Assembly: GCA_964016885.1 (NCBI GenBank)
Contig: OZ024747.1
Span: 46,252,001 to 46,316,000, forward strand
Direction: 5' to 3'
Length of the DNA stretch: 64,000 bases
From: Eledone cirrhosa
Taxonomy: Eukaryota
The notes under the pieces are model-generated. The model saw only the letters and a program-made list of their open reading frames with translations. It did not search any database and had not been told where the DNA came from. Position numbers and translations under genes: made by a program. Positions 30,269 to 45,811 of this stretch are shown here, piece after piece; within the stretch, counting starts at the first letter, position 1; the number at the start of each line of letters is the position of its first letter.

Positions 30269-31522
30269 GGACGAATGGTGGTGCAACATTGCAAAAAGTT
30301 AAAGGAGTTCGTTTCGCAGTCATTAAGTCCTAGATTCTATCTTGTTACATGACACTTTGGACAACTATAATTTACTATAGCCCCAGGGTGCTTCACGCTC
30401 TGTGAGTGAAATTGGGTAGACGGAATTGTTTGGTAGCCCGTCGAATAGACTTGACATGTAATTGAAAGGTCTATATTTGCTACAATATGTCAAACAGAAT
30501 CTCCCTTGTTGTGTTGATTGAACAAATGGAACTCTCATCATCGGACCCTACGTGGATCGATCGACTGGCTGCACACCACTCCTGTTTGTGGGAGTGTAGA
30601 GACGATTAAACAAGTCGACCTTATTACTCGATTAATATTGGTACCTTTATCTATTCATCTAAATTATGTTAACTTGCAAAGTGAAATTGCTTCGCTGAGG
30701 AGAGCAAAGAAGATCGAAACGTATCTATTGCTTTTAATTTTGGAATAACGCCGCACAGTAGAAGAAAGGTGTGACATGATTATGATTGATTCAAGCCCCA
30801 GTAATTGATTGACACTTGTTTGATTTATACCAAGATGGTGAAAGTAGAGTCCGACTGCGATAGAATATGAACATAAAATGTAAATGTCTTCCACTACTTT
30901 CAAACTAATGATTTCTAACAAATTTGAAGAAAGGGGCGTAGTTGATTAAATAAACATCAAAACATAAAATGCAAAGTCGCCATCGGCCTCATTTTTACAC
31001 AGACACAAGATTACATATTTTTCAAGGAGTTGTATCTAACCCGGTATTTGTTTGAGGTATAAGGAGTAAATTGAGTCCTAAGACTTTCGGATAGAATACC
31101 TTGCGATATTCCTTCAAATACAATCACTATTAAAAATGAAAAAGATACTCCATATAAGTTATCAAAATGACCTGTGCTCTTTTAGCTAACCTCATACCCT
31201 CTCAGACGTTCTAAACATCTTTCCTTTATCTATTATCCTTACAGCAGAACATTGCCCGACTCCCAGATTCCACACTAAATATTTAACTCAGGTAGTACTC
31301 CTAGGAACTTTAACTAGTTGGTAGCCTTTCATCACCTCAATCTCAAAGTATCTCTTCCCTATATCACAGAGATCTACAGATGTTTAAGGTATACATGAAC
31401 CGCATCAATCTCACCAGACTTAGACGTTCTGTCAAATCATGAACACTGCCCGGCCCCTTCTTCCTCCTAAACCTTCCCACCGCACATTGTCTCTTCTTGT
31501 TGCAATCTTTAACAATATATTT

Positions 31523-31562
<40 letters not shown>

Positions 31563-31582
31563 ATGTGTGTGTGTATGTGTAT

Positions 31583-31651
<69 letters not shown>

Positions 31652-32679
31652 AGTGTGTGTTAGTGTAACGGCACAGCATCTCTAGAAGGAAATAAAGTTA
31701 TTTAGAAAAGACATTTTCACCACGTGTATTTATACACTTATTTATTTAAATTAATTTTTGAACACAAGTGGGGGAAGTGAGTAGAGCGTGGGAATGGGTT
31801 TTCAGATTTTCTAGTAAAAAACATCGATCATTTAGCATTTTAAATGTCTAAGACGTCAGACCACTCATTGAAACAGCCAAAAGATACCACCACAGGAATT
31901 ATTGTTGCTCTCTTTGTTATTGTTGTTGTTGATCTTAGTATTGTAACCATTGTTTTTGTTTGTTGTTGAAACTGTCTTCAACATTTTCCTTGTGATAATG
32001 ATCGTGTTTTTTCTGAGGTTTATTTTTCCTTCTTTTCTTTTATTTTCTAAGTCGTTCACTCATTAAAATCAACATTAATTCTGACGAACGAGCATTCAGG
32101 TCATATATAGTTCAAACTACAGCTCTAATAATGACTCAGGAAACAATTAGTGTGTGAAGGGGTGTTAGGTGTGTATAGAAATGTATGTGCATGTATGTGT
32201 GTGTCTGTGTGCATGTGCGTGCATGTAAAAGTGCACAGACAAACACGTATACGTGTTTAATTTTCTTGTACATTCATGTAACTGTAAACATAATTGATTT
32301 CTTACTTAGGCACAAGGCCTCAAATGTGTGTGTGTGTGTGTGTGTGTGTGCATTTATGCATATATGTGCACGTGTGCATGCCTGGGTGTGTATGTGTATG
32401 TGTGCATGCCTGGGTGTGTATGTGTACGTGTGCACATTAGTTTTATAACTGTAGCTGATTAGCTCCCCCTGTGTACTTGACTACTAAATAATTGCGAGAT
32501 GTTTGCGAAACTTTAGCAGATTAAAATTTCCAAAAAAGTTATATATTCTAACATCCATTACCTGTTATTGGAAATCCCCCAGAATTACATATTTTTGGCC
32601 AAATTTGCAGACAATGTTAAACTATGTAAAGCTTATAGATGACGATGTTATTGGACCTTCGGCAATTCTGACGACGAGT

Positions 32680-32945
32680 GTTCCAGCCCACCCTTGAATT
32701 TAACGTGCACGTGGCTGAGTATTTCAAAGAAACATGTGCACTTAATGTAGTTCTCAGGGAGATTCAGCGCGACACAAGATGTAGAAAGCGTTGGCGCTTT
32801 CAATTACGGATACAACTCATTTTTTTCCAGCTGGATGAATTGGAGCAACGTGAAATAAAGTGTCTTGCTCAAGGACCCAATGGTACGCCAGTAATCGAAC
32901 CACGCCCTTACCATGGTGAGCCAAACATTTTAACCATTGAGCTTC
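32680..32945 (-). mobile_element. Older SINE family B (also at about 13860-14080, 23525-23810, 33305-33600, 48800-49080; head at 5840-5955)
   Basis: Shared block gaaattaacgtg..gctgag.attcc.cagacacgtg..cttaacgtagttctcagggagattcagcgtgacac, and a reverse-complement B-box (atcgaac). Confidence 0.7.
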
Positions 32946-33196
32946 GAGTCTTCACTACAAACTATAATCTGCTCTTTGGGAATATACGTCCCTATGAAGA
33001 AATTTAGAAACCTAGGTAAAATAACTTTAGCATACAATACACACACACACACATACACATATATACACACACACATACATACATACATAGATACATACAC
33101 ACATACATACATAAGCACGTACACACATACATACATAAATATGTACATACATACATATACATGTACATACATACATACCTTCAAAACGTACACACA

Positions 33197-33261
<65 letters not shown>

Positions 33262-33693
33262 CCTCGACATCAATGGACTTCCGTCTTTGCCGACAATCAG
33301 TTTTCCATTTGATCAACAGAACTGCTTCTTCATAGAATTTACATGTAAGTGACGGAGCATTTCACAGACACGTGTATCTATAAGTTAATTGTCAAGGAGA
33401 TCCAGCCTGATACAGTGTATGATAAGGCTACCTTTGAATTACAGATACCGTCCATCCTTATTGTTTATAAACAGTTTCTGTTCATTCAATTTCACTTCTA
33501 TGGCTTGTGTTGACCGGTGACTATGGTAAATGACACCCAGGGTGACATGCTTTGGGATCAAACCCGTGATCTAATGATTGTCAAGTGAACTCCTTAATCA
33601 TGGCACATAAACTTACACAAACAAAGACATACACCTACAAAGCCACCCATTACTTTGAAACATCAGACAGAAAATTATGTCAGATAAATTACC

Positions 33694-33880
33694 AATAATT
33701 GTTTCTACTTTTGGCACAAGGCCAGCAAAAACCCAGTGCATTACTGGTACTTTATTTTATCGACCCCGTAAGGATGAAAGGCAAAGTTAACCTCGGCGGG
33801 ATTTGAACTCAGAATGGCAAAGGCCGTAACTCTATGCATCAAAGCATGGCGTCCGACTCTCTACCGATACTGCCAATCCA
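33694..33880 (-). mobile_element. SINE family A with 16-bp TSD
   Basis: TSD ataaattaccaataat at 33684-33699 and 33880-33895. Confidence 0.9.
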
Positions 33881-34356
33881 TAAATTACCAATAATATAAT
33901 ATAGCAGGAGATAGGAATGCAATGACATATATGGAGACGGTGACAAATTAACACAGTAGACGTTTAATTTCTTTTTTTCTTGAGATCAACCTGCCCGTCT
34001 GCCCAGCTAAGCCCGATGAAACATGTTACATAATTCCATAGTTATAGATTTATCCCCAAACATATGCACTCTAAATCAATTAAGCGATCAAAAACACATA
34101 AAACAAATTTGTCAAAATGCTTTTGATTTTGATCTATGTTTTTTCTTCTTCTTTTGCTATTTCTTCCGCATAGAAAATTAACTATATGAAGAACGGTGCT
34201 TAAATATTATTCATCTTAGACTAATCAACTATTTTATTCGATATGCAGTTCTATGGAATAAACAAGAGAAATATATATGTACATAAGTATCTATATATGT
34301 TTAAGTCTGTATGCATATACGTGTATGTATATATGCATATGTTTGTATATATGTGA

Positions 34357-34391
<35 letters not shown>

Positions 34392-34751
34392 AATATATAT
34401 ATATATGTATGTAAGTATGCATGTATGCATATATATATATATACATATGTATGTATGCATATATATATATATATATCAATATATATGTATATATATATAT
34501 ATATTCATACATATATATACATATATATATATATATGTGTGTGTGTCTGTGTGTGTGTGTACGTGTGTGTACGTGTGTGTACGTGAATGCCTCTCCGTGT
34601 TGATGTGTGCATTTTTTATCTACAGCATTTATTTTCTTCGTTTATTGGATTGTATGGAGAGCGACTGCAAGTGTTGGAGATTTCATCAGCAACAGTCATA
34701 CGTCTTTCAAGACTTTCTCGAGAATTGCTTTTTGGTTAAAAAAAAGAAAAA

Positions 34752-34807
<56 letters not shown>

Positions 34808-36944
34808 ATGAATAACAAAAAAAAAAAGAAAAAAGTATTTTTTACTAGTTAATTACACAATTCATGTGAGAAGAGAGAAAATGTAGAATGCATGACTTCA
34901 TAATTAAATATCAACACATGAGAAATATTTAACACTAGTTTTACTTCTGAGATTTGTTTAAAGTTCCACATTCCACCACCCCAAACGACTTTTATACGTC
35001 ACGAGTGTTTTACTGTGTAATTGTTGCAGTCTGTGCTGTATTGTATGAGTGTACACTATAGAGCTATTCTAGAATAACTGTTCATGGTTCTCTTCCTCCG
35101 ACTTACGCTGTTCTGAGTTATGATGTATGTACTTATATACTTATAGACCCGCAATTCCTGCTGGAATCGTAAGGGTGCCGTAGTGATATAGAGCGAGACT
35201 TGGGCATTCTCAAATCCTGTGGAGCCCATCACCTCTCCAGATCTGAACACAGCCGATTTTTTCCAGAGAGGAAGAGAACGAGAGAGAGAGAGAGAGAGGG
35301 AGAGAGACGGGGTGGGGGGTGGGGGTGAATGGCAAAATTGACCTCGGTGGGTTTTGAAGTCATGACGCAAAAAAGCCGGAACCAATATCGCAACGCGAAC
35401 CTATCCGATCTTTTAAAGACCGTGACAATTCGCCGCACGTATGTGATGTTATTGTTGTTAAAACTCATCCGTAGGTTTGAGATTTTTATAGTGTACAAGG
35501 GCTTTATGTGCACGGTTTTGGAGGATTATTGTGTTTTACAGACTCCAGAAATTTGTAAACAGCCGTGTTTATTACCATAACGGAGATGCGAGGCTAATAT
35601 TTTGCACAAACAGTGAAAATTATGTCTTCAAATTTATAGTCCTACCGCGACAGTTTGAACAACATCTCGTAAATCATATATCACAGAATCATTGAGAAGA
35701 CAAATAAAAATTACAAGCCTCTTCATAGTCCATATTTTGAGTTACTAATAGTTATGTTAATTTTTATATAACTTGCCGTGATCCTTTGATGGATAAATGA
35801 ATGAATAAGTATCTATTTATATTACCAAGATCGCCTTTTTCTCCATCCTGTCCGCCGGGGTTATGTGTGTGTGTGTATGTGCGGGGGGGGGGGGGGCATC
35901 GCGTAACATTCCATATTTAGGTATCTGTGTTCTCACATGTAGACGCACGCCCTTTACCATAGTATTGTGTCCCTAAACGAAGTTTATTTCCTTTAATAGT
36001 TACAATGTAATTTGTCTGCAGTATGTATACAATGAGATATTATTAAAATGTAGACGTTGTAATGAGTAGGTATAATTAGTTAAGAGTAATTTAGTAAGGA
36101 AAGTCGGTCAATTGTAACTCTTTAACCACAATAGGTTAAATACGTAACTGTTCAAAGCAGTTGGTCAAATGTGATTCGTTCCGTGCGACTGGTCAAGCAA
36201 AATATGTTCAACACAGTTGCGTGTTATTTAAACCTAGCTGAATTTTGATTCATTGGACCTATGATCAAAGACATTCCAGGTATCGTTATTCGGTCTTTCC
36301 CTAGTGCATAAGTGCATAGTGTACCCAGGACTACATCAATCGACATTAGTGGGAGGCTAACTATATAAATGTTTCCACATTGGTCAGCAAAGATTTGTCA
36401 AACCTCTGGTCAAAAATATTATTACCGTGATCACCCAGTCTCTCATTTCAGACATAGTATATCTAAGACTATAATCGTATTTACGTATTTATGTTAGTTG
36501 TAATTTGAGGTGATTTTCTGATGGTTATTTCTTGCACGTTGTCTACGTAGCTGGAGCATCGTTGTATGGAAACGTTATTGATACAGTAATGTTCTTAAGT
36601 GCAATTGATTAAGTAATTGATGAAGTTTATTTAGTGACTTGGTTAAAATTTGAATGGAAAAAAAAGTTGGGGGATGGGCGTACTTTATGCAAAGTTTATT
36701 TCATGTTTTTAATGAAGATTTCCTTTTAGAGATTCGTCGAGATAAAGAAACAGTTGAGTTCCCTTGACTGACTACATTGAAAACTGTAGAGTCAATTACA
36801 ACCAGAGGCAACCTATAAATGACTTCATAGAAAACATAGCAATTAAATATATAAAACAGCATATGTTTTTCACATTTTCAATTAAATACATCAGAAAGGA
36901 AAGCAATAACTCATGTTTGCACACACAACACACACGCACATACA

Positions 36945-36982
<38 letters not shown>

Positions 36983-37034
36983 GATATGTTCATGTATATA
37001 TATATATATATATATATACATAGATATGTACATG

Positions 37035-37132
<98 letters not shown>

Positions 37133-37427
37133 CATATATATGCACATGTATATATATATACACATTCCATTGCATTAGTTTGTCATGCCTCCATATATCC
37201 CTCTTTCACACTACAGAAACCTTTCCACGTTTTCATATCCCTAACCATAAATCAATTCCCCTTATATTGTCTCCAATTCAAAGTGTCAAGTCATTCATTT
37301 CTACAATTCGAGAACATTTCAGAAAATATCTACAATTGTCATTTTAATTGCATAATATTGTTTCTTTCTCTTGTTACCAAAATTCTTCATTTCAAGGCAT
37401 AAATAACCACATGCACACACACACACA

Positions 37428-37550
<123 letters not shown>

Positions 37551-37721
37551 ACACACACACACATTCACTCACACACATTCACACACACACACATTCACAC
37601 ACACACACACACATTCACTCACACAAATTCACACACACACACATTCACTCACACACATTCACTCACACACACTCACACACACATACACACACATTCACTC
37701 ACACACATTCACTCACACCCA

Positions 37722-37788
<67 letters not shown>

Positions 37789-38665
37789 TCACTCACACAC
37801 ATTCACTCACACCCACTCACACACACATACACACACATACACATGCATACACACACACACATACTCACTCGAATACATATACGCACTCAATCACAAACAT
37901 AAACACACATGCATAAAAATAGAATGATGCACACACATTTACGCATATAAGGACACTTCGTTTTACCAACATTTTTCATTTCATCACACCAATAACTACA
38001 CACAGCTACACACAGACACACACGCACACACACACACACACACGAACACATAGTCATAATGGAACACATAAACACATAAACAGACATAAACACATCCTTA
38101 ACAATAGAATCATGCACGCGTATTTACACACATAAGCTAACATAGACACATTCAAACTCACATAATAACTGATTTAAAAGCACATCCATACATACACGTC
38201 TACCAACTCAAGTACACACACATATATAAAAGTATACATATCTAAAATTAGCTTTACAATACAGGAATGGTTAGAAACAGAGGCATGGTGTTGGGATCAC
38301 ACATAAAAAGACAAAACAAAACAATATTTTTTCTGATAGAGACGAAGCGGGGGCGTATTTGAATTCATATAAAACTCATTGCTAGAAATGCCGTTCTAGA
38401 GGTTTGTTTCTCTGACGACCCCTGACCACTGGTCTCTATCCTCTGAGGCATTTTTGCCCATCGGTGTCTTTTACAGCATTTACCTGTTTTAACGGGTGCT
38501 CTAGCGATGAGTTTTCTTATATATATATTAGAAAGTGAGGTTTTTTTTTACAAAATGAAAAATAACCGAGGTGTCCTACACGAGTGAAAGTATAAAGAAA
38601 AAGAGATGAAATCGAAAATGCAACTGGAGTCTTATTTTAAAAGAAATATATATATTTATTTGGTT

Positions 38666-38703
38666 CCTTTACCGGTTTCGCAGTTCTTCTGCTTTTCAAA
38701 AGG
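38666..38703 (-). ncRNA. Minimal hammerhead-like motif with U3-A8 core variant
   Basis: Minus strand: cctt-TTGAAAA-gcag aagaa ctgc-GAAA-ccgg-TA-aagg, inside an insert of about 210 bp (38527-38737) between TA tracts. Confidence 0.55.
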
Positions 38704-38734
38704 TGAGTTGAGATGGAGGGTCTGTGGTTTTTCT

Positions 38735-38774
<40 letters not shown>

Positions 38775-38778
<4 letters not shown>

Positions 38779-38975
38779 ATCAAAAGATGGTTAAAAGAGT
38801 TCCAAGTATTTTATTATGCGCATTTCAAAAACAAATATCATCCCATGATGATGGGATGATATATGCGTTTGGAAAGGGTAAGGAAGAGGAGGAGATGAGA
38901 GTAAAGAATGGTGGGGGAGGAGTATAAGAAGGAAGGATGAGAGAAGAGGAGAGATGGGTGATAGAGAGAGAGAGA
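38775..38975 (-). mobile_element. Deleted fragment of the PLE 3' region/pseudo-LTR
   Basis: 38775-38870 matches 28558-28648 and stops before the CTGANGA core. 38950-38970 matches the reverse complement of 45553-45575. Confidence 0.7.
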
Positions 38976-38990
38976 GATAGCCTTTACAAC

Positions 38991-39024
<34 letters not shown>

Positions 39025-39162
39025 AAGAGAAAGAGAGAGTTATGGTCCTTTACGGTCTGAGTTCAAATTCTGCCGAGGTTAACTTTGTCTTCCATCTTTA
39101 CGGGGTCGATTTAATTGACTTTGCCCTCCCCCAAATTGCTGACCTTGTACCTATACTAGAAA

Positions 39163-39196
<34 letters not shown>

Positions 39197-39279
39197 TTGC
39201 ACATTATTTCGGCCACACATTCACAGATTCGCATGCAAATGTTATGAATGTACCTTCCTCAAATTCACAAGATCAGATG

Positions 39280-40440
39280 TACAATATACCTACACAGACA
39301 CATACCTACACAATATACCTACACAGACACATATACCTACACAATATACCTACACAGACACATATACCTACACAATATACCTACACAGACACATATACCT
39401 ACACAATATACCTACACAGACACATATACCTACACAATATACCTACACAGACACATATACCTACACAATATACCTACACAGACACATATACCTACACAAT
39501 ATACCTACACAGACACATATACCTACACAATATACCTACACAGACACATATACCTACACAATATACCTACACAGACACATATACCTACACAATATACCTA
39601 CACAGACACATATACCTACACAATATACCTACACAGACACATACCTACACAATATACCTTCACAGACACATATACCTACACAATATACCTACACAGACAC
39701 ATATACCTACACAATATAGCTACACAGACACATATACCTACACAATATACCTACACAGACACATACCTACACAATATAGCTACACAGACACATATACCTA
39801 CACAATATACCTACACAGACACATACCTACACAATATACCTACACAGACACATATACCTACACAATATACCTACACAGAGACATATACCTACACAATATA
39901 CCTACACAGACACATATACCTACACAATATACCTACACAGACACATACCTACACAATATACCTACACAATATACCTACACAGACACATACCTACACAATA
40001 TACCTACACAGACACATACCTACACAATATACCTACACAGACACATATACCTACACAATATACCTACACAGACACATACCTACACAATATACCTACACAG
40101 ACACATACCTACACAATATACCTACACAGACACATACCTACACAATATACCTACACAGACACACATACCTACACAATATACCTACACAGACACATATACC
40201 TACACAATATACCTACACAGACACATATACCTACACAATATACCTACACAGACACACATACCTACACAATATACCTACACAGACACATATACCTACACAA
40301 TATACCTACACAGACATATATACCTACACAATATAGCTACACAGACACATACCTACACAATATACCTACACAGACACATATACCTACACAATATACCTAC
40401 ACAGACACATACATACACAATATACCTACACAGACACATA
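39280..40440. repeat. 29/31-bp minisatellite, about 38 copies
   Basis: Unit acaatatacctacacagacacatatacctac. Confidence 0.95.
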
Positions 40441-40599
40441 TGCTCGCACTCACACGTGCATAATTACCCGAATGCACGAAAAATGACAGGGAGAAAACAT
40501 GCAAGATCGCATGCTCAGCCATTCTCACGGAAAAACACTGATATGCATCCACATATATACACAGAAAATTAAGAATTCAAGATTGAAAACAACGCTTCC

Positions 40600-40630
<31 letters not shown>

Positions 40631-40922
40631 ATCCTCGAAGACGCGAGACTAAACATCAGGTTAAGGCAGCAATCAGAGGATCACGGTCGATTAAGTTCTA
40701 GATACATATGTAGTACAGCAAAAATAAGTATTCCGGAACCAAGACTTAAGAACTTTAGGATAAATGCATCGTCATAAATAACAAATTAGTGATCTATTGT
40801 AAATGTTTGTCAGATTTATATTGAATGTCTAGAAGAGAAAATCTACCCAAAGTTTCGTGTAGCTCGCAATACTTTGGGTCATAAAAAATTTCATTTGTTT
40901 CTCACCTAATGTCTCTCTCCAC

Positions 40923-41000
<78 letters not shown>

Positions 41001-41166
41001 TAGTGAGAGAGAGAGAGGGAGACGGAGTGAGAGAGAAAGTAAGAGAAAAAGAGAGTGGGATGTAAAATTCCGACCGCAGCGCCAAGAGGTTTCGGCTTGT
41101 GTGTTCAGTAGGCTTATCCGAGTTTGAAGTTGTCTCCTCCGTCTCAGCACCGCAAACTCTCCCCCC

Positions 41167-41257
<91 letters not shown>

Positions 41258-41262
<5 letters not shown>

Positions 41263-41365
41263 CTAAAACAGAGAATGTCTGTTTGTCTGTCTGTACAATC
41301 ACTAAAACTCGAGAACCACCCAACCGATTGTTTTCAAACTTTACACATGTAATATTTATGGTCCT
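41258..41365 (+). mobile_element. Probable Helitron 5' fragment
   Basis: tattactaaaa..tgtctgtttgtctgtctgt..aaccgattgttttcaaactt resembles invertebrate non-autonomous Helitron 5' regions. No 3' end found. Confidence 0.35.
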
Positions 41366-41549
41366 ATTGAGTGTTCTGATCTCTTTCTCTCTCTCTCTTA
41401 GGCTTTCTCGTTTTAGATAGATACATAGATAATACGTTGCGCCCTTATAATATCTGTCTGTATGCCTGATTGTCTGCATTACGTCATTATGACGCCGTGT
41501 GTGTGTGTATATATGTATATATAGTGTGTGTGTATATATATATAGTGTG

Positions 41550-41664
41550 TAACGTTTTTCGAAATATTTACTTCTGCGTTTACAGATTTATTATTTTAGT
41601 TTCAGAAGATCACGTTAAGGGTGAAAGCAGCGATTCTTTGCTTAAACTTTAATCTGTTATTTCA

Positions 41665-41665
<1 letters not shown>
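41550..41665 (+). mobile_element. Fragment of CAGAAGA-hammerhead family
   Basis: Matches 18055-18168. Motif at 41598-41648. Confidence 0.7.
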
Positions 41666-41715
<50 letters not shown>

Positions 41716-41853
41716 TATATTCGTGTACAGATATTTTTGAATACACATAAGCAAAAGTATTTAATTCGCGATAACGTATTGATTTTCTTCGAACGGAAAA
41801 TACCCCTGGTAATGTACGACGAACTTTTCTTATAAGCACAAAATGTAGACACC

Positions 41854-42156
<303 letters not shown>

Positions 42157-42355
42157 AGATCAAAAGATGGTTAAAGGAGTTCCATGTATTTTATTATGCG
42201 CATTTCAAAAACAAACATCATCATGCAATAATATTTGTGTTTTCATATTGTACTACAATAAAACTCACCTCCTACATTAACTTGCTCCTTAACGGTTGAG
42301 CGCTTACTCTCATATTGGATACCTTTTGATGGTCTTTTACCTCTTCTTCTACAAC

Positions 42356-44759
42356 ATGGATTATTACAACATAACCAATTCAACTAAAGACATTCCTATA
42401 CCTGGTAAATCTGAATTCACCAAACTTCTTATTGAAAAAACTGACTCCTTCGTAAGAAGACTTAGATGGACAGCCTATTTCTATGACCAGCGCCTAAAAG
42501 GGAACTTCTATACCAAAGAACATAACTTCCTCGATCACCTATTTAATTCTAGACGAAATCCTCCTTCCAACAAAAATCTAGTACAATTCGAGGAAGAATT
42601 AACTAAAATAATAAAAAATCTTAAATTCAAGAGATACCCTTACAAAGGACAAGAGCACCTTGTAAATCTCAAGAACACAATTTCTAACCTAAATTCCTCA
42701 AAAAATGTTTTAGTCTACTCTGACAAAACCAATAACTTATATGGTATTTCCAAGGATAATTATAACAACCTTATCCTAAAGGAACTTAGGAAAAAGTATC
42801 GTAAAACCAACCATGAAAATTTAGAATACATAAACCTTGAAGCCTCTGAGATTATGTCAAAACTTGGCATTGAAAAAAAGACCGAACCATTCCTCCCAAG
42901 AACTCCGAGGATAAATCTCAAGGATCACAAAAACAATTTTCGCACTGAACTACCTGTTAGATTAATCGCCCCCTCTAAATCTGATCTGGGGGTTGTTAGT
43001 AAAGCCATCTTGGATAGAATTATCCCACAGGTTAGTTCTAATTGCTCTTCTTTGAACCTAAATTTATGGTTTGGTACTTCTGAAGTGATTGGCTGGTTCA
43101 ACAAATTGGATAATAAAAACAAACTAAAATTTATTCAATTTGATATTGCCAGCTACTATTCCTCCATTTCGCCTTCACTTCTCAATAATGTTCTATCTTT
43201 CGCACTTAAATATTCTGACATCACCACAGATGAACTTCACATCATCCTCACCGCACGTAAAACCATCCTAGAGTTCAACAACGAATATTGGACCAGAGCC
43301 GATACCTCTAACAACTTCGACATCACAATGGGAGCATCCGATTCATCCCAATTGACTGATTTAATTGGTATCTTTATTTTGAACTCTTTGAGTCGGAAAA
43401 TTCCTCAACTTCGCGGTGGAATTTATCGTGACGATGGACTCTTTACTATCTTAAATTGCAATATAGTTAACCTTAATATTATTAAGAACAACATACGTAA
43501 TCTCTTTAACCAACATAACCTAAAAATTGAATTTGATAATAGTATCAAACTAGCTAATTTCTTGGATGTATCTCTTAATCTTGACACTGGCCTATATTAC
43601 CCTTACCATAAAAACAATGAGAACCTAAATTATGTTAACTTTAAATCTAACCATCCTACCAATATCAAGAATGCTATAGTTAGTAATATTGGAAAAAGAA
43701 TATCTAACATATCTTCTAATAAAAAACATCTTTGATGCTAACGCCAATTACTATAATAACGCACTTTCTAAAGCCGGTTATCCAGATAAAATCAAATATA
43801 GTAAAGAAACAAATTCTAGAAAAACTTACAGTAGAATAATTAATCATGATCATTCCAATAACTTTAATAAAAGACCTAGATACAAAAACATAATCTGGTA
43901 TAATGCTCCTTTCTCCATCTCTATTAATAACAATATTCCTAAATTATTTTTTAGTGCCTTAAATAAATGCTTCCCTCCCTCACATATCTATAGTAAAATA
44001 TTTAACAAACACACCATCAAATTTTCTTATTCTACATCCTCCAATATTTCCAACATTATCTCTAAACACAACAATAAAATACTAAATACTAAATCTCTTC
44101 CTTCCAACATTGAATTTCATAATAACAGTAATAGTACTCCCGACGTCATTGTAAACCCTAGGCTAACTTCTGTAAACCCAAATACAACGTCAAACACAAC
44201 TTCGCTAAATGTTCATAATCCAACTCTAAATCAAGAAACTATTATTCCTATTATTCCTATCGCAAACAACTTCTCCAATCCAATTCCTTCTATAGATAAC
44301 ACTAGGTCACTCATTAATAATCTCTCTAATTGCAACTGCCGCATTAAAAATAAATGTCCTCTCAACAACCATTGTCTCGATAAAAACTTAATTTATGAAT
44401 GTAAAGTTATAACTAGCACCAATTCCTTCACCTATTTTGGCTCCACTTCCACCTCTTTTAAAGCTCGTCTCTATAATCATCATTCATCTTTTAAATACAA
44501 ACTTAAAAGAACCAACACGGCTCTCTCAGAACTCATATGGTCCTTGAAAGACAAAAACATTAAATATACCATCTTTTGGAAGAAGGTTTCTTCTGCGTCC
44601 TCATACTTGAACAGCTCTCTATCTAAAATCTGTAATCTCTGCCTAAATGAAAAATTTACCATTATCTCTAATCTAGATTCTATAATAAATAGACGTACAG
44701 ATTTGTTTTCTATTTGCCTGCATAAATTCCATAGGACTTTTCACAAAGTATACAGCTAA
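42356..44759 (+). CDS. PLE reverse transcriptase-GIY-YIG endonuclease polyprotein, about 800 aa, split by one +1 frameshift at A6 43721-43726
   Basis: Motifs seen: N-terminal KDIPIP..RRLRW, SDKT (DKG equivalent), FDIASYY, MGASDS, IYRDDG, FLDVSL and SNHP. These are followed by CNCRIKNKCPLNNHC, LIYECKV..TYFGST..FKARLYNH and CNLCLNEK. Removing one A joins ORF 42296..43735 to ORF 43689..44759 (SSNKNIFDANA). Confidence 0.9.
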
Positions 44760-45744
44760 TATTCAATTCTTTATCAATTTAGAATCTTTTCTCAAAGGCA
44801 CATATACACACACCTCTTTAAATTATACCCATCTTCCTACCTTACTTCAAAGGGCATTATACACTCTATAATACTTGTTTACTCATTACCCTCATTCTAT
44901 CTTCACCTTGTAAAATCCTTCATAACATATACATTTGTTTTTTTGACGTTAGAATATTCATCCGCAATTATTATTTTTTTCTCTCCATCATCAAACTTTT
45001 TAATCTGAATACATTAACTCCCTCTCCTTCTTTTGACGCTAGAATATTCATTCTTAATACATATTAACTCTTTCTTCGCACATATTATCAATTCCTTCAA
45101 TATACAAACCTTAACTTCACATTATTTTTCTCAAATCATCTAATACACAAACCTTAATAATTTTTTAATACATATTAACTCTTTCTTCGCACATATTATC
45201 AATTCCTTCAATATACAAACTTTAACTTCACATTATTTTTCTCAAATCCTTCAACACGCAAACCTTAATAATTTTTTCTCTTCATTAATTTTGAAATTGC
45301 CATAATACTTATAAACATACACATTTTTGACGTTAGAATATTCATCCGCAATTATTATTTTTTCTCTCTATCTTCAAACTTTTTAATCTCAATTTTTAAT
45401 CTCAATACATATCAACTCCCTCTCTTTCCTCGTACATATTTTTCCCTTCGTTAATTTTCAAATTCTTTTAATTTATACATTATCTTCCAACGGTTTTCAA
45501 CCTCTCTATGTAAAACAATATATCTTCTCTCAGTTATAAAAACTATCTCTTTCTCTCTATCACCCATCTCTCCCTCTCCACCTTCACTCTCATCTCCTCC
45601 CCTTTTTTTCATCCTTTCCACTCCCCCTCTATAAATAAAATATTTTTCCCAATATCACACATCAATCTAAAACTACTTTTCATATGTTGATTTAAAACTG
45701 CACTATCCACAAGTGTTTTTTAGCCTTCATATCATGTTCTCCTG

Positions 45745-45811
45745 TTTTATCTGATGAAAACACAAATATTATTGCATGATGATGTTTGTTTTTGAAATGC
45801 GCATAATAAAA
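45745..45811 (+). ncRNA. Type I hammerhead ribozyme in PLE 3' pseudo-LTR
   Basis: ttttat-CTGATGA-(long stem II)-GAAA-tgcgca-TA-ataaaa. Stem III is palindromic. Predicted cleavage is after 45805 (AUA). Confidence 0.85.

Noticed and set aside
31150-31510. Possible CR1/L2 LINE 3' relic
   Set aside because: Too degenerate to translate convincingly by eye
38937-40572. Three overlapping 260-459-aa ORFs
   Set aside because: Translation of the 31-bp minisatellite
42296-44759. Naiad-type selenoprotein PLE or programmed frameshift
   Set aside because: The endonuclease is C-terminal, no in-frame TGA read-through is needed, and a single A indel explains the break
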